Part shown: piece after piece, positions 36,769 through 46,368 of the stretch
Numbering within the stretch: position 1 is the first letter of the stretch
How the letters are laid out: each line of letters opens with the position of its first letter
Source of the DNA: Bacteroidia bacterium
GTDB lineage: Bacteria > Bacteroidota > Bacteroidia > AKYH767-A > OLB10
Assembly (NCBI GenBank): GCA_039914625.1
Contig: JBDSOU010000183.1
Coordinates: forward strand, 1-46,368
Direction of reading: 5' to 3'
DNA: 46,368 bases
Position numbers and translations under genes: made by a program
The notes under the pieces: model-generated
The model's input: only the letters and a program-made list of their open reading frames with translations
Databases searched by the model: none
What the model was told of the DNA's origin: nothing

Positions 36769-37236
36769 ATGATAACAATCTACACCGATGGCTCCTCACG
36801 CGGCAATCCCGGACCGGGCGGCTACGGAACAATATTAATTTCGGGGAATCACAGCAAAGAACTTTCACAAGGCTATCGTTTAACCACCAACAACCGCATG
36901 GAACTCATGAGTGTGATTACCGGTCTGGAAGCATTAAAAAAGAAAGGAGAACAGGTTGAAATTTATTCCGATTCGAAATATGTGATTGATTCCGTTGAAA
37001 AAAAATGGGTGTTCGGCTGGGTGCAAAAAAAATTTAAAGGGAAAAAAAATGCCGACTTATGGATTCGCTTTTTAAAAATTTACAAAGAACATCATGTAAA
37101 ATTCCATTGGATTAAAGGGCATAACAATCATCCCTATAATGAACGATGTGATGAAATGGCTGTAGCAGCCGCGCTTGGCGGAAATCTTATACCCGACACG
37201 GGTTATGAAACCGAATTTCGTGGCGGATTGCTTTAA
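36769..37236 (+). CDS. rnhA: Ribonuclease HI
   Basis: YTDGSSRGNPGPGG, TTNNRMEL, SDSKYV, WIKGH, NERCD. Confidence 0.97.
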   Translation: MITIYTDGSSRGNPGPGGYGTILISGNHSKELSQGYRLTTNNRMELMSVITGLEALKKKGEQVEIYSDSKYVIDSVEKKWVFGWVQKKFKGKKNADLWIRFLKIYKEHHVKFHWIKGHNNHPYNERCDEMAVAAALGGNLIPDTGYETEFRGGLL

Positions 37237-37292
37237 TAATTTTTTCTATCAAAAATATTTCTACTTTTATTGCCTGAATTATTTCGCCCCGC

Positions 37293-39899
37293 ATGAAAAA
37301 CATTTTTACAATATTGTTTTTGTTTCCATTTTTAGCATCAGCACAGCTTACTGATGATTTCACTGACGGAGATTTTACAAACAACCCGGCATGGGTTGGT
37401 GATATTGCTTCATGGCAGGTGCTGGGCGGTCAGCTCAATTCAAATAATTTAACCACCAACACATCATTTTATCTTGCTACACCTTCATCTTTGGCAACTG
37501 CTGCACAGTGGGAAATATGGGTAAACTTCAAGCAGGCAACTTCAGGTTCAAATTACATGGATATATATCTCACTTCCGATATTCAGGATTTGAACGGAGC
37601 AGGCAACGGATATTTTGTGCGGATCGGGGGCACTCCTGATGAAATCAGCTTGTATGGTAAAATCGCTGGTGTAAATACAAAGATTATTGACGGAACTGAC
37701 TTACGCTCACAAGTAAATTCAACTGATAATTATTTCAGAATAAAAGTTACACGCACAGCTGCAAATCTTTGGACACTTCTTGATGACAATGCAGGAGGAA
37801 CTAATTATTTTACCGAAGGAACCATTACAGATGCAAACTTTACCAGTTCTGCCTATTTCGGAATTTCGGTAACACAATCAACAAATAGTTTTTTTAATAA
37901 ACACTTTTTTGACAGCATTTCTGTCGGCAATATTGTGATTGATGTAACACCTCCTGCTGTTTCTTCCATCAATGTCACAAACGCAAATGAGATCGATGTC
38001 ATCTTCAACGAACCTCTTGAACAGATTTCAGCCGAAACAATTTCCAACTATACCGTCAATAGTACAATCACTCCAAATGCAGCTTCGCTCATTTCTGCAA
38101 ATACAGTGCATGTAACTTTCGCAGCCAATTTTACAAGCGGATTTGTAAATACGCTGAGTGTTTTAAATGTATTGGATATAAGCAACAATCCTATTATAAC
38201 AGCAAGCACAGGGCAATTCACATATTTTGCCCCTGTCACTCCTTCGAAATATGATGTGGTGATCAATGAAATCTTTCCTGATGAAAGTCCGCAGATTGGT
38301 TTACCTGCAGCAGAATATGTTGAAATCTATAACCGAAGCAATAAAACTTTTGATTTAAGCGGATGGAAATTTTCAGACACAGGAACTCCGCAAAATTTGC
38401 CTTCATTTATTTTAACGCCCGGCTCTTATCTTATTTTATGTGATGATGGCAATGCTTCCTTATTTTCTTCTTTCGGAAATGTTCTTGGACTAAGCTCTTT
38501 TCCATCTTTGAATAATGACGGTGACGATTTAAAATTATATGATCCTGCTTCAAATATCATAGATGGCATTGTTTACGATCTGACTTTATATCATGATCCT
38601 GCAAAGCAAGACGGAGGATGGAGCATCGAACGCATCAATCCTGATTTTACATGCACCAATCCGTTAGACTGGAAAGCAGCTGTAAATCCCAATGGAGGAA
38701 CTCCCGGTTCAGTGAACAGTGTTGACGGAGATTTTTCTGATTCGCAAGCTCCTTCATTACTTCGTGCAGTGGCGATTGATGCTACACATATAAAAGTTTT
38801 TTTTGATGAAGCAATGAATGCAGCAACTCTTTCTGATGTTTCAACCTATTCAATTGATAACAACATTGGCTCACCGGCAGCAGTGTCCGCACAAACCGAT
38901 TTTTCTGCTGCTACCTTAACTGTAACAACAAACATTGTGCATGGAATAATTTATACAATCACTATTAATAATTCCATTTCTGATTGTGCAGGAAATATTT
39001 TATCAGGAGCTAATTCTGTTCGCTTTGCCATTCCTGATTCAGTGGCAATTTCTGACATTATCATCAATGAAATTCTTTTTAATCCGTTAACAACAAATGA
39101 TTATGATTTCGTAGAATTATACAACCGTTCTCAAAAAATAATTGACCTCGCTGCATTACGCATTGCAAGCACTGATCCTTTGACAGATTCACTCATTGAT
39201 GTTAAAATAATTACTTCTGAAGGCTATTTGATTTTCCCCGGTGATTATGTTGCATTGACAGCTTCTCCGGAAAATGTAAAAACAATTTATCACACTACTA
39301 ACCCTTCAGGATTTTTAAAAGTTGAAACCATGCCTTCATTCAATGATGATGATGATGCCGTAGTGATTACTAACAGCAGCTTTATACGGATGGATCAGTT
39401 TAATTATTCTCCCGATTTTCAGTTCCCTTTGTTGAATGATGATGCAGGAATTTCACTGGAACGCATCAGTTTCAACCGTCCTACACAGGACAGCAGCAAC
39501 TGGCATTCAGCAGCCGAAACAGTAGGCTATGCAACTCCGGCTTATGAAAATTCGCAACATGCAGAAACAATTGATGACGGCAGTGAAGTTTCATTGGAAC
39601 CGGAAATTTTTTCTCCTGATAATGATGGAAACAGCGATGTGGTGAATATCCATTATCACTTCGGTGAATCGGGGTTTACCGCCAACCTCAGAATTTTTGA
39701 TTCAAAAGGACGGCTAATCATTCATCTCATAAAAAATGAATTGCTCGGATTGGAAGGAACATTTACCTGGAATGGAATTACCAGTGAAAATCTGAAAGCA
39801 AAAGTTGGAATTTATGCTGTTTACCTCGAAGTGTTTAATGAAAAAGGAACGGTAAAGAAATTCAAAAAGCCGTTGGTGCTTGCTTCGAAGTTCCAATGA
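37293..39899 (+). CDS. Secreted lamin-tail-domain protein with a T9SS type B-like C-terminus
   Basis: Two V/IINEI...(E/D)(Y/F)VE(I/L)YNRS lamin-tail domains, Ig-like repeats, FSPDNDGNSD C-terminal motif. Confidence 0.9.
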   Translation: MKNIFTILFLFPFLASAQLTDDFTDGDFTNNPAWVGDIASWQVLGGQLNSNNLTTNTSFYLATPSSLATAAQWEIWVNFKQATSGSNYMDIYLTSDIQDLNGAGNGYFVRIGGTPDEISLYGKIAGVNTKIIDGTDLRSQVNSTDNYFRIKVTRTAANLWTLLDDNAGGTNYFTEGTITDANFTSSAYFGISVTQSTNSFFNKHFFDSISVGNIVIDVTPPAVSSINVTNANEIDVIFNEPLEQISAETISNYTVNSTITPNAASLISANTVHVTFAANFTSGFVNTLSVLNVLDISNNPIITASTGQFTYFAPVTPSKYDVVINEIFPDESPQIGLPAAEYVEIYNRSNKTFDLSGWKFSDTGTPQNLPSFILTPGSYLILCDDGNASLFSSFGNVLGLSSFPSLNNDGDDLKLYDPASNIIDGIVYDLTLYHDPAKQDGGWSIERINPDFTCTNPLDWKAAVNPNGGTPGSVNSVDGDFSDSQAPSLLRAVAIDATHIKVFFDEAMNAATLSDVSTYSIDNNIGSPAAVSAQTDFSAATLTVTTNIVHGIIYTITINNSISDCAGNILSGANSVRFAIPDSVAISDIIINEILFNPLTTNDYDFVELYNRSQKIIDLAALRIASTDPLTDSLIDVKIITSEGYLIFPGDYVALTASPENVKTIYHTTNPSGFLKVETMPSFNDDDDAVVITNSSFIRMDQFNYSPDFQFPLLNDDAGISLERISFNRPTQDSSNWHSAAETVGYATPAYENSQHAETIDDGSEVSLEPEIFSPDNDGNSDVVNIHYHFGESGFTANLRIFDSKGRLIIHLIKNELLGLEGTFTWNGITSENLKAKVGIYAVYLEVFNEKGTVKKFKKPLVLASKFQ

Positions 39900-40052
39900 C
39901 CATAAGGCATTGAAGGATAACAATAAAAAATATTTGTTAAAAAATCTTTGTTGCAATTAAAAAAATCTTTATACCTTGCAGCCTCAATAAAATATAAAAT
40001 CAATTAATATAAATCAAATCAATTAAACAATTAACTCTTTAAAAAAAAAAGT

Positions 40053-41390
40053 ATGAAAAAAAATCTGATTTACACAGGGATGATTGCAGCTTTCCTTGCT
40101 GCTGCAGTAACTGAATCAAAAGGACAAGCATGGACAGTAAACGGAAATGCAGGTACATTAAATACCAATTTTCTTGGTACAACGGACTCAAAAGATCTGA
40201 GAATTAAAACTAAAAACGTTGCAAGAATTTTCGTATCTAAAAGCGGTCCTGTAGGAATAGGAAACACGGCTCCTAAAAGCCGACTTGACATTTTAGGCGG
40301 AACCGGAAACGCTGATACAATTCCTGCAGTTAATGTTATTGTAAAAAAGACAGGAAACTTTGATGTAGTTGGTGTTCATGCAGAATCTCAGCCCGCACCA
40401 GGTTATGGAATCGGTATTGACGGTTTCGGTAATTTTATCGGAGTTTCAGGATTTGGAGCAGAAGGTGGCGATTTTCAATCAGCAGGTGCTGATACGACTG
40501 TTGCTAACACAGGTACTTTGATTGGTTGTGTTGGTGCTGTGAACACTGCTGCAGCAGCAGTTGGAGTATTTGGCGCAGCAGACAATGGAAATTTTGCTTA
40601 CGGAGTTTACGGCACTACTAATGGCGGTGGATTTACCGATACTGCAAGCACAAAGCACTGGGCTTTATATGGTGATGGCGATGTTTTTGGAGTAAGATTT
40701 TTTCAGGCATCTGATGCTAAGTTAAAGGAAAATATCAAGCCTATTACATCTGCTACTGAAAAGTTAATGCAATTGACTCCATCTACTTATAATTTCAAAA
40801 GCAATACCGGCTTAGTACTTCCTTCAGGTAAAGAGTATGGTTTGCTTTCTGATAATGTTGAAAAAGTTTTCCCTGAATTAATTAAAGAAGCAAGGACAGC
40901 TACACGTTTCGATAGAAATCACAACAAAATTGGACAAGAAATTAGCTTCAAGAGTGTAAATTACTCCGGTTTGATTCCTGTATTAGTGGAGTCAGCTAAA
41001 GAGCAACAAACTGCTATTAATGCAAAGAATGCACAGATTGCTGATCTCAGCACAAAAATCACAGCACTTGAAAATCGTTTAGCTGCACTTGAAAATACTT
41101 CATCAGCTAAATTATCTTCTGTATCTTCATCGGATGCTGCCCTTGAGCAAAACAGCCCAAACCCATTCAACCAGTCCACTCAAATCCGTTATTCAGTTCC
41201 TGCTAATTCTTCAGCTCAAATCATCATCACTTCTGTTGATGGAAAATCTGTAAGAAATTATGCTATTTCAGGATCAGGAAAAGGACAAATTACTTTGAAT
41301 GCCAGCGAGCTTTCTGCAGGTTCTTATACTTATTCATTGAATGTTAATGGAAAAGTTATTGACAGCAAAACTATGGTGTTGACTAAATAA
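40053..41390 (+). CDS. T9SS-sorted protein with a peptidase S74 (tail-fibre intramolecular chaperone) domain
   Basis: WTVNGNAGT..NFLGTTD, VGIGNTAP, SDAKLKENIKPI, VNYSGLIPVLV..KEQQ coiled coil, LEQNSPNPF CTD. Confidence 0.9.
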   Translation: MKKNLIYTGMIAAFLAAAVTESKGQAWTVNGNAGTLNTNFLGTTDSKDLRIKTKNVARIFVSKSGPVGIGNTAPKSRLDILGGTGNADTIPAVNVIVKKTGNFDVVGVHAESQPAPGYGIGIDGFGNFIGVSGFGAEGGDFQSAGADTTVANTGTLIGCVGAVNTAAAAVGVFGAADNGNFAYGVYGTTNGGGFTDTASTKHWALYGDGDVFGVRFFQASDAKLKENIKPITSATEKLMQLTPSTYNFKSNTGLVLPSGKEYGLLSDNVEKVFPELIKEARTATRFDRNHNKIGQEISFKSVNYSGLIPVLVESAKEQQTAINAKNAQIADLSTKITALENRLAALENTSSAKLSSVSSSDAALEQNSPNPFNQSTQIRYSVPANSSAQIIITSVDGKSVRNYAISGSGKGQITLNASELSAGSYTYSLNVNGKVIDSKTMVLTK

Positions 41391-41410
41391 TTTTTAAGTT
41401 TAGTTACCTT

Positions 41411-41447
41411 AAAAAACCGTCCCGATTGCAATCGGGACGGTTTTTTT
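41411..41447 (+). terminator. Intrinsic terminator (perfect 36-bp palindrome)
   Basis: aaaaaaccgtcccgattgcaatcgggacggttttttt. Confidence 0.9.
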
Positions 41448-41474
41448 ATTTTCGTTTAAATTGTATTTTTGACC

Positions 41475-42851
41475 ATGGCTGAAAAACCCAACTTTACCGC
41501 TCGACTTTTTCAACCCGTTAATTCTTTTTCAGCCGATGCATTCAGAATGCTTTTCGGGCTTGCCATGATATTTCAATTTATAAGCTTCATAAAATTCGAT
41601 TTTATCCGCGTGGGAATTTTATCTCCACGGTTTCATTTTACTTACGATTTTTTTGATTTTGTAAAACCGCTTTCACCGGCTTTCCTCAACCTGTTGATAG
41701 TATTAATGCTTGCCGGAGCTTTTTTAATAACTATTAATAAATTTTACAAAGCGGGAATTCTTCTTTTCGCTATATCATTTTCTTATCTATTTTTTCTGGA
41801 CCAAAGCTATTATAACAATCATTTTTACCTGATCATTTTACTTTCTATAATTCTATTCTTTTACAAACCTGTTTCAGCAAAAGACGGTAATAGATTAATT
41901 CCTCAATGGTTTATCCGGCTGCTTCAATTTCAGGTCATAGTAGTTTATTTCTATGGAGGACTTGCAAAACTGAATCATGACTGGCTGGTGGATTGCCAGC
42001 CTATGAAAACGTTGCTCGAAGTCAATGCAGCTAATTCCTTGTTCCCTGCCCTGCTCAAAAGTAACTTTGTGGTTTATTACCTGACCTATGGCGGAATTGT
42101 TTTTGATTTGCTGATCGGTTTTCTACTGCTTTACAAACCTGTATTGAAAGTTGCAATCATTCTGAATATATTTTTCCATCTGACCAATTTTTTCATATTC
42201 AATCTTGGCGAAGGGGGAGATATAGGAATTTTTCCGCTGCTTATGATTTTTACCAATGTGTTGTTCATTGAACCCGAAAAGCTGCAGCAATTAGTTTCGA
42301 AATATTTACGTGTAAAGGCTGAAAATGATGCTAAAAAACAAAAAAACAAAAACAAAACATTTTCTCATATTATAGATTTCTCTTCAAAAAAAAATATAGT
42401 GCTTTCCTGTCTTACATGCTATATTTTATTTCAACTGCTGTTTCCTTTCAGACACTTTGCTTATCCCGGCAATACAGACTGGACGGGTAAAGCACAGCGT
42501 TTCTCATGGCGAATGAAGGTATATGTTAAAACGGGGTCAGTGCGGATTACAGCGAAGCAATCTGCAAATGATGAGCCGCTTGAAATGGATTGGAAAAAAC
42601 ATATTAACCAGGTACAGTATGCTGCCATGCGTGATCACCCTGAAATGCTTCTTCAATTTGCTGACTATTTGAAAAAACTTTCCGTACAGCTGGGGTTTAG
42701 AACTATTATTCTCAATGCAGAAGTACAGGTTTCCATGAACGGGCGGCCAAAACAATTTGTGGTGGACCCTTCGCTTGATTTGCTGGCTGTAAAAAGAAAT
42801 CCATTTAAACATGCTGAATGGATCCTGCCTTTAAAAAATAATCCCAAATAA
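41475..42851 (+). CDS. HTTM-domain / vitamin K-dependent gamma-carboxylase-like membrane protein
   Basis: FRMLFG, YYNNHFYL, VYFYGGLAKLNHDW, IGIFP, RFSWRMK, SMNGRP. Confidence 0.9.
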   Translation: MAEKPNFTARLFQPVNSFSADAFRMLFGLAMIFQFISFIKFDFIRVGILSPRFHFTYDFFDFVKPLSPAFLNLLIVLMLAGAFLITINKFYKAGILLFAISFSYLFFLDQSYYNNHFYLIILLSIILFFYKPVSAKDGNRLIPQWFIRLLQFQVIVVYFYGGLAKLNHDWLVDCQPMKTLLEVNAANSLFPALLKSNFVVYYLTYGGIVFDLLIGFLLLYKPVLKVAIILNIFFHLTNFFIFNLGEGGDIGIFPLLMIFTNVLFIEPEKLQQLVSKYLRVKAENDAKKQKNKNKTFSHIIDFSSKKNIVLSCLTCYILFQLLFPFRHFAYPGNTDWTGKAQRFSWRMKVYVKTGSVRITAKQSANDEPLEMDWKKHINQVQYAAMRDHPEMLLQFADYLKKLSVQLGFRTIILNAEVQVSMNGRPKQFVVDPSLDLLAVKRNPFKHAEWILPLKNNPK

Positions 42852-42916
42852 AAACCAACTGCTCACAAGCTGAAAAGTTAAACCTCTGGTGTTGGCATGA
42901 TGGTTTTTAAAATTAA

Positions 42917-42955
42917 TTAAACGTTTGTTTAATTTTAAACATTTGTTTAACTTTG
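42917..42955 (+). promoter_or_regulatory. Promoter overlapped by two palindromic operators
   Basis: TTAAAC-N4-GTTTAA at 42917-42932 and 42935-42950; TTTG at 42924 and TAACTTTG at 42948-42955. Confidence 0.75.
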
Positions 42956-42979
42956 CAGCATATTTAAACCCCCATTTCA

Positions 42980-43594
42980 ATGATTGATAAGCGATCACAC
43001 ATATTGGATGCGGCAGAAGAATTGTTTGCCGAGTACGGCTTTGAAGGCACTTCCGTTCGCGAACTTGCCAGGAAAGCAAAAGTGAACATTGCCATGATTT
43101 CCTACTATTTCGGGTCGAAGGAACAATTGATGAAGGTATTGATTCAGAACCGTGCGGGCGCCTTCAGGGAACAGATAGCAACGCTTAACAAAGAGCAGCT
43201 CACTCCAATGGATAAAATGGATTTGCTGATTGAATATTGGGTGGAACGGATTTTTTCAAATCAGCAATTTCACAGAGTGTTGAACCGTGAAATTTCATTA
43301 CAGCAACGTTCTGCATTTAATAAAACCATTTCGGATATTATGCTTGGCAATTTTGAAGAAGTGAAAAAGCTGATTATTGATGGTCAGAAGAAAAGGGTTT
43401 TTCGCAAAGTGGATGTTGAATTGACTATTGCCTCGCTTATCGGAACTATCTCTAAAGTTGTTCAATCTTCTTACCTGTCTTGTAAAATACTAAACGTTGA
43501 TCCTGATAAGAACTCTATTTTCAATGAGAAACATAAGAACCGTTTGAAATTGCATTTAAAAGATTTAATGCGTGCTCATTTACTTATTAAATAG
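42980..43594 (+). CDS. TetR/AcrR family regulator
   Basis: ILDAAEELFAEYGFEGTSVRELA...ISYYFGSKE. Confidence 0.96.
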   Translation: MIDKRSHILDAAEELFAEYGFEGTSVRELARKAKVNIAMISYYFGSKEQLMKVLIQNRAGAFREQIATLNKEQLTPMDKMDLLIEYWVERIFSNQQFHRVLNREISLQQRSAFNKTISDIMLGNFEEVKKLIIDGQKKRVFRKVDVELTIASLIGTISKVVQSSYLSCKILNVDPDKNSIFNEKHKNRLKLHLKDLMRAHLLIK

Positions 43595-43636
43595 GTCATA
43601 CAGTAATAGAAAAAAATATACTAATCAATAAACACT

Positions 43637-44683
43637 ATGGAAACTCCGGAGAAAAGCAATTCCAAAAAGAAAAAAATTCTTCCTGTTATTCTTGCTTTGA
43701 TTGTGATTGCATCGGTTGCATTCGGAATCAATAAATATATTTATGCGCAGCATCATGAAGACACGGATGATGCGCAGGTAGATGCTGATATCAGTCCGGT
43801 GCTTGCTCGTGTTTCCGGCTATGTAAATGAAATTCGCTTTAGTGATAATCAGCAGGTCATTAAAGGCGACACGCTCATAAAATTAGATGACCGCGATTTG
43901 CAAATTAAATTACAGCAAACGCAGGCAGGGTATGACAATGCAAATGCAAGCATTACAGTGGCACGCGCTAATGCCGGAACAGCGGAAGCAAATCTTGAAT
44001 CGGTAAAATCAAATGTAGAAACGGCAAAAGTCCGTGTCTGGAAAGCGACAGAAGATTTTAAGCGGTATGAAAATTTGATTGCTCAAAACGCAGGTACAAG
44101 GCAACAATTTGATGCTGCCAAAGCCGAAAAAGAAACTGCTGAAGCTGCTTTGAAAACGGCAACTAAACAGCAACAGGCAGCAGTGATGCAAAGCCAGGCA
44201 GCAAAAGAGCAAATTGCACTTGCACAATCACAGCTTTCGCAAAGACAGGCGGAAATTGATTTTGCAAAACTGCAACTATCTTATACAACTATTATTTCTC
44301 CGGCAAACGGAATTGCTTCAAGAAAGAACGTACAGCCGGGACAATTGGTAAGTGCAGGCGCACCTTTGTTTGCTGTTGTTAGCACTGATGATATATGTGT
44401 GATTGCAAATTTTAAAGAAACACAATTGACAAAAATGAAAGAAGGGTTGCAGGTTGATGTGAAATCCGATGCTTTTCCTGATGAAAAGATTGATGGAACT
44501 GTTTATCGTTTTTCTGCCGCGACAGGTGCAAAATTCAGCTTGCTTCCTCCCGATAATGCAACAGGAAATTTTGTGAAAGTTGTTCAACGCATTCCCGTAA
44601 AAATTAAGCTCAGTAGTAATAAAGAAGTTCTTGCTCGTCTTCGGCCGGGAATGAGTGTGAAAGTTTCAGTGAAGCTGGATTGA
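43637..44683 (+). CDS. HlyD/EmrA-type membrane fusion protein
   Basis: TDDAQV, ANFKETQL, FSLLPPDNATGNFVKVVQRIPV. Confidence 0.95.
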   Translation: METPEKSNSKKKKILPVILALIVIASVAFGINKYIYAQHHEDTDDAQVDADISPVLARVSGYVNEIRFSDNQQVIKGDTLIKLDDRDLQIKLQQTQAGYDNANASITVARANAGTAEANLESVKSNVETAKVRVWKATEDFKRYENLIAQNAGTRQQFDAAKAEKETAEAALKTATKQQQAAVMQSQAAKEQIALAQSQLSQRQAEIDFAKLQLSYTTIISPANGIASRKNVQPGQLVSAGAPLFAVVSTDDICVIANFKETQLTKMKEGLQVDVKSDAFPDEKIDGTVYRFSAATGAKFSLLPPDNATGNFVKVVQRIPVKIKLSSNKEVLARLRPGMSVKVSVKLD

Positions 44684-44736
44684 AAAAATGAACGCAGAAG
44701 CGTAATGACGCAGATAAGAAATAAATATTAAGAGCA

Positions 44737-46284
44737 ATGCCCGAAGTCGGTTTTAAAAAATTCATCATTACGTTTACTGTTATTCTTGCAGCGCTGCTTG
44801 AATTGGTTGATACAACGGTGGTTAATGTTTCGCTGCCGCAAATTATGGGTAACCTTGGCGCTACGTTAGAGGATGTTGGCTGGGTAGTAACGGCTTATTC
44901 TATTGCTAACGTTATTATACTTCCTATGTCAGGTTGGCTGGCTGCTAAGTTTGGACGGAGAAACTATTTTACTTTTTCTATTATACTTTTTACTGTGGCA
45001 TCTTTCTTCTGCGGTAATGCTGATAATATATGGGAGCTTGTTGCATTTCGTTTTATACAGGGAATTGGCGGTGGTGCTTTGCTTGGTACTGCACAGGCAA
45101 TTTTAGTGGAAACATGGCCGCGCGAACAGCTTGGAATGGCAACGGCAATATTCGGTCTTGGTGTTGTGGTGGGACCTACTCTTGGTCCGACACTTGGCGG
45201 ATATATAACAGATCATTTTACATGGCCGTGGATTTTTTATATAAACATTCCGCTTGGAATTATTGCTGTGCTGCTTACGTTGCAATATATTAAAGAGTCA
45301 CTACATGTTCAAAAAGTTTTTGATGTTGACTGGCTTGGCATTATTTTTCTTGCTGCGGGAGTCGGGTCGCTGCAGATTGTTCTGGAGCGTGGCGAAGGCG
45401 ATGATTGGTTCAACTCTACTTATATTATTGTGCTTTCCATAGTTTCAGTAGGTGCAATTATTTCTTTTATATGGCGCGAACTAACAACCGATCATCCTAT
45501 AGTTAACCTGCGCATCCTGAAGAACCGTTCATTGTCTATAGGCATGTTCACTACATTTATTCTCGGGTTCGGGTTGTTTGGATCAGTGTTTATTTTCCCG
45601 GTATTTTGTCAGAATCTTTTAGGTTTTTCTGCACAGCAAACCGGGATGCTTTTAATTCCCGGTGGATTGGCAACCATACTGATGATGCCGATGGTGGGAA
45701 AGATGCTTCAGAATAAATTTCCTCCACAGATAATGGCAACGTTTGGCTTTCTTTTATTTTTCCTTTTTACTTATACTTTGTCAAAAGCCAATTTATCATC
45801 GGGCGAAAGTGATTTTTATATTCCGTTAATTTTGCGCGGTATGGGACTGGCTTTATTGTTTGTCCCGTTAACAACTCTTGCATTGGGAAGCCTGCAGCCA
45901 AAGGATGTTGCCCAGGGAACAGGACTCAATAATATGATGCGGCAGCTTGGAGGTTCTTTCGGTATTGCTATTATTACCACACTTATCCATCTTAGGCAGG
46001 GATTTCACCGCAACCGGTTAATTGAACATATAAATTCTTATGATCCTGCTTTTAACGAACGCTTTAATAATTTGACGCAATCTATTATTTCAAAAGGCTA
46101 TGCTTTGGCAGATGCGCAGACGTTAGCTCTCAAAGCCATTGAAGGCACTGTGATAAAGCAAACATACCTGATGAGCTATATAGACGGCTTTTGGTTTGTG
46201 GGTGTTTTTTTTATTTTCTGCATCCCGCTTTTGTATTTGCAGAAAATTAAAAGAGGAACTAAGGTGGCTGTGGATGCTCATTGA
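44737..46284 (+). CDS. DHA2/EmrB-type MFS efflux permease
   Basis: DTTVVNVSLP, RFIQGIGGG, GPTLGGYIT, WPWIFYINIP, RQLGGSFG. Confidence 0.95.
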   Translation: MPEVGFKKFIITFTVILAALLELVDTTVVNVSLPQIMGNLGATLEDVGWVVTAYSIANVIILPMSGWLAAKFGRRNYFTFSIILFTVASFFCGNADNIWELVAFRFIQGIGGGALLGTAQAILVETWPREQLGMATAIFGLGVVVGPTLGPTLGGYITDHFTWPWIFYINIPLGIIAVLLTLQYIKESLHVQKVFDVDWLGIIFLAAGVGSLQIVLERGEGDDWFNSTYIIVLSIVSVGAIISFIWRELTTDHPIVNLRILKNRSLSIGMFTTFILGFGLFGSVFIFPVFCQNLLGFSAQQTGMLLIPGGLATILMMPMVGKMLQNKFPPQIMATFGFLLFFLFTYTLSKANLSSGESDFYIPLILRGMGLALLFVPLTTLALGSLQPKDVAQGTGLNNMMRQLGGSFGIAIITTLIHLRQGFHRNRLIEHINSYDPAFNERFNNLTQSIISKGYALADAQTLALKAIEGTVIKQTYLMSYIDGFWFVGVFFIFCIPLLYLQKIKRGTKVAVDAH

Positions 46285-46317
46285 TTGCAGTGAGCAGGTT
46301 TTTAAAAACAGGTAAGT

Positions 46318-46368
46318 ATGAAAATAATTCCCTGTGAACTACCTTACACAAAGGAACTTCAGCTGTAT
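46318..46368 (+). CDS. Possible start of the next gene (truncated by the window)
   Basis: ATG followed by an open frame to the window end (MKIIPCELPYTKELQLY); too short to judge. Confidence 0.25.
   Translation, partial: MKIIPCELPYTKELQLY

Noticed and set aside
23908-41390. Prophage, suggested by the HNH and S74 domains
   Set aside because: Both genes are isolated among housekeeping genes; no structural, packaging or integrase genes are present.
34647-45442. Short alternative-frame and antisense ORFs inside accC, the lamin-tail gene, the HTTM gene and emrAB
   Set aside because: They overlap well-supported genes and show no motifs.

Overview
AT-rich chromosomal segment from a Bacteroidota bacterium. 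This is inferred from TAnnTTTG-type promoters, six T9SS-sorted proteins and an alpha2-type GlyRS. The backbone carries housekeeping genes (hflX, glyQS, comF, rplU-rpmA, aspS, accB-accC, rnhA, marC), scattered kynurenine-pathway genes (nbaC, an SDR, a RidA-family deaminase) and a TetR-EmrAB-type efflux operon. Small accessory patches lie between them. The most unusual structures are: (1) a 26-unit, strictly phased 21-bp array (32480-33025) that starts right after a candidate promoter and precedes an orphan winged-helix gene; (2) orphan copies of T9SS C-terminal-domain coding ends, which form direct repeats around a beta-propeller gene (together with a ~130-bp inverted-repeat element) and around a toxin-antitoxin pair, suggesting cassette-like shuffling at T9SS gene ends; (3) a TTAA-flanked MITE, REP-like hairpins and 7-9-bp repeat families, some read in frame inside proteins. 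No rRNA, tRNA, CRISPR, integrase, transposase or reverse transcriptase was recognised. All family assignments come from motif recognition by eye, not database searches.
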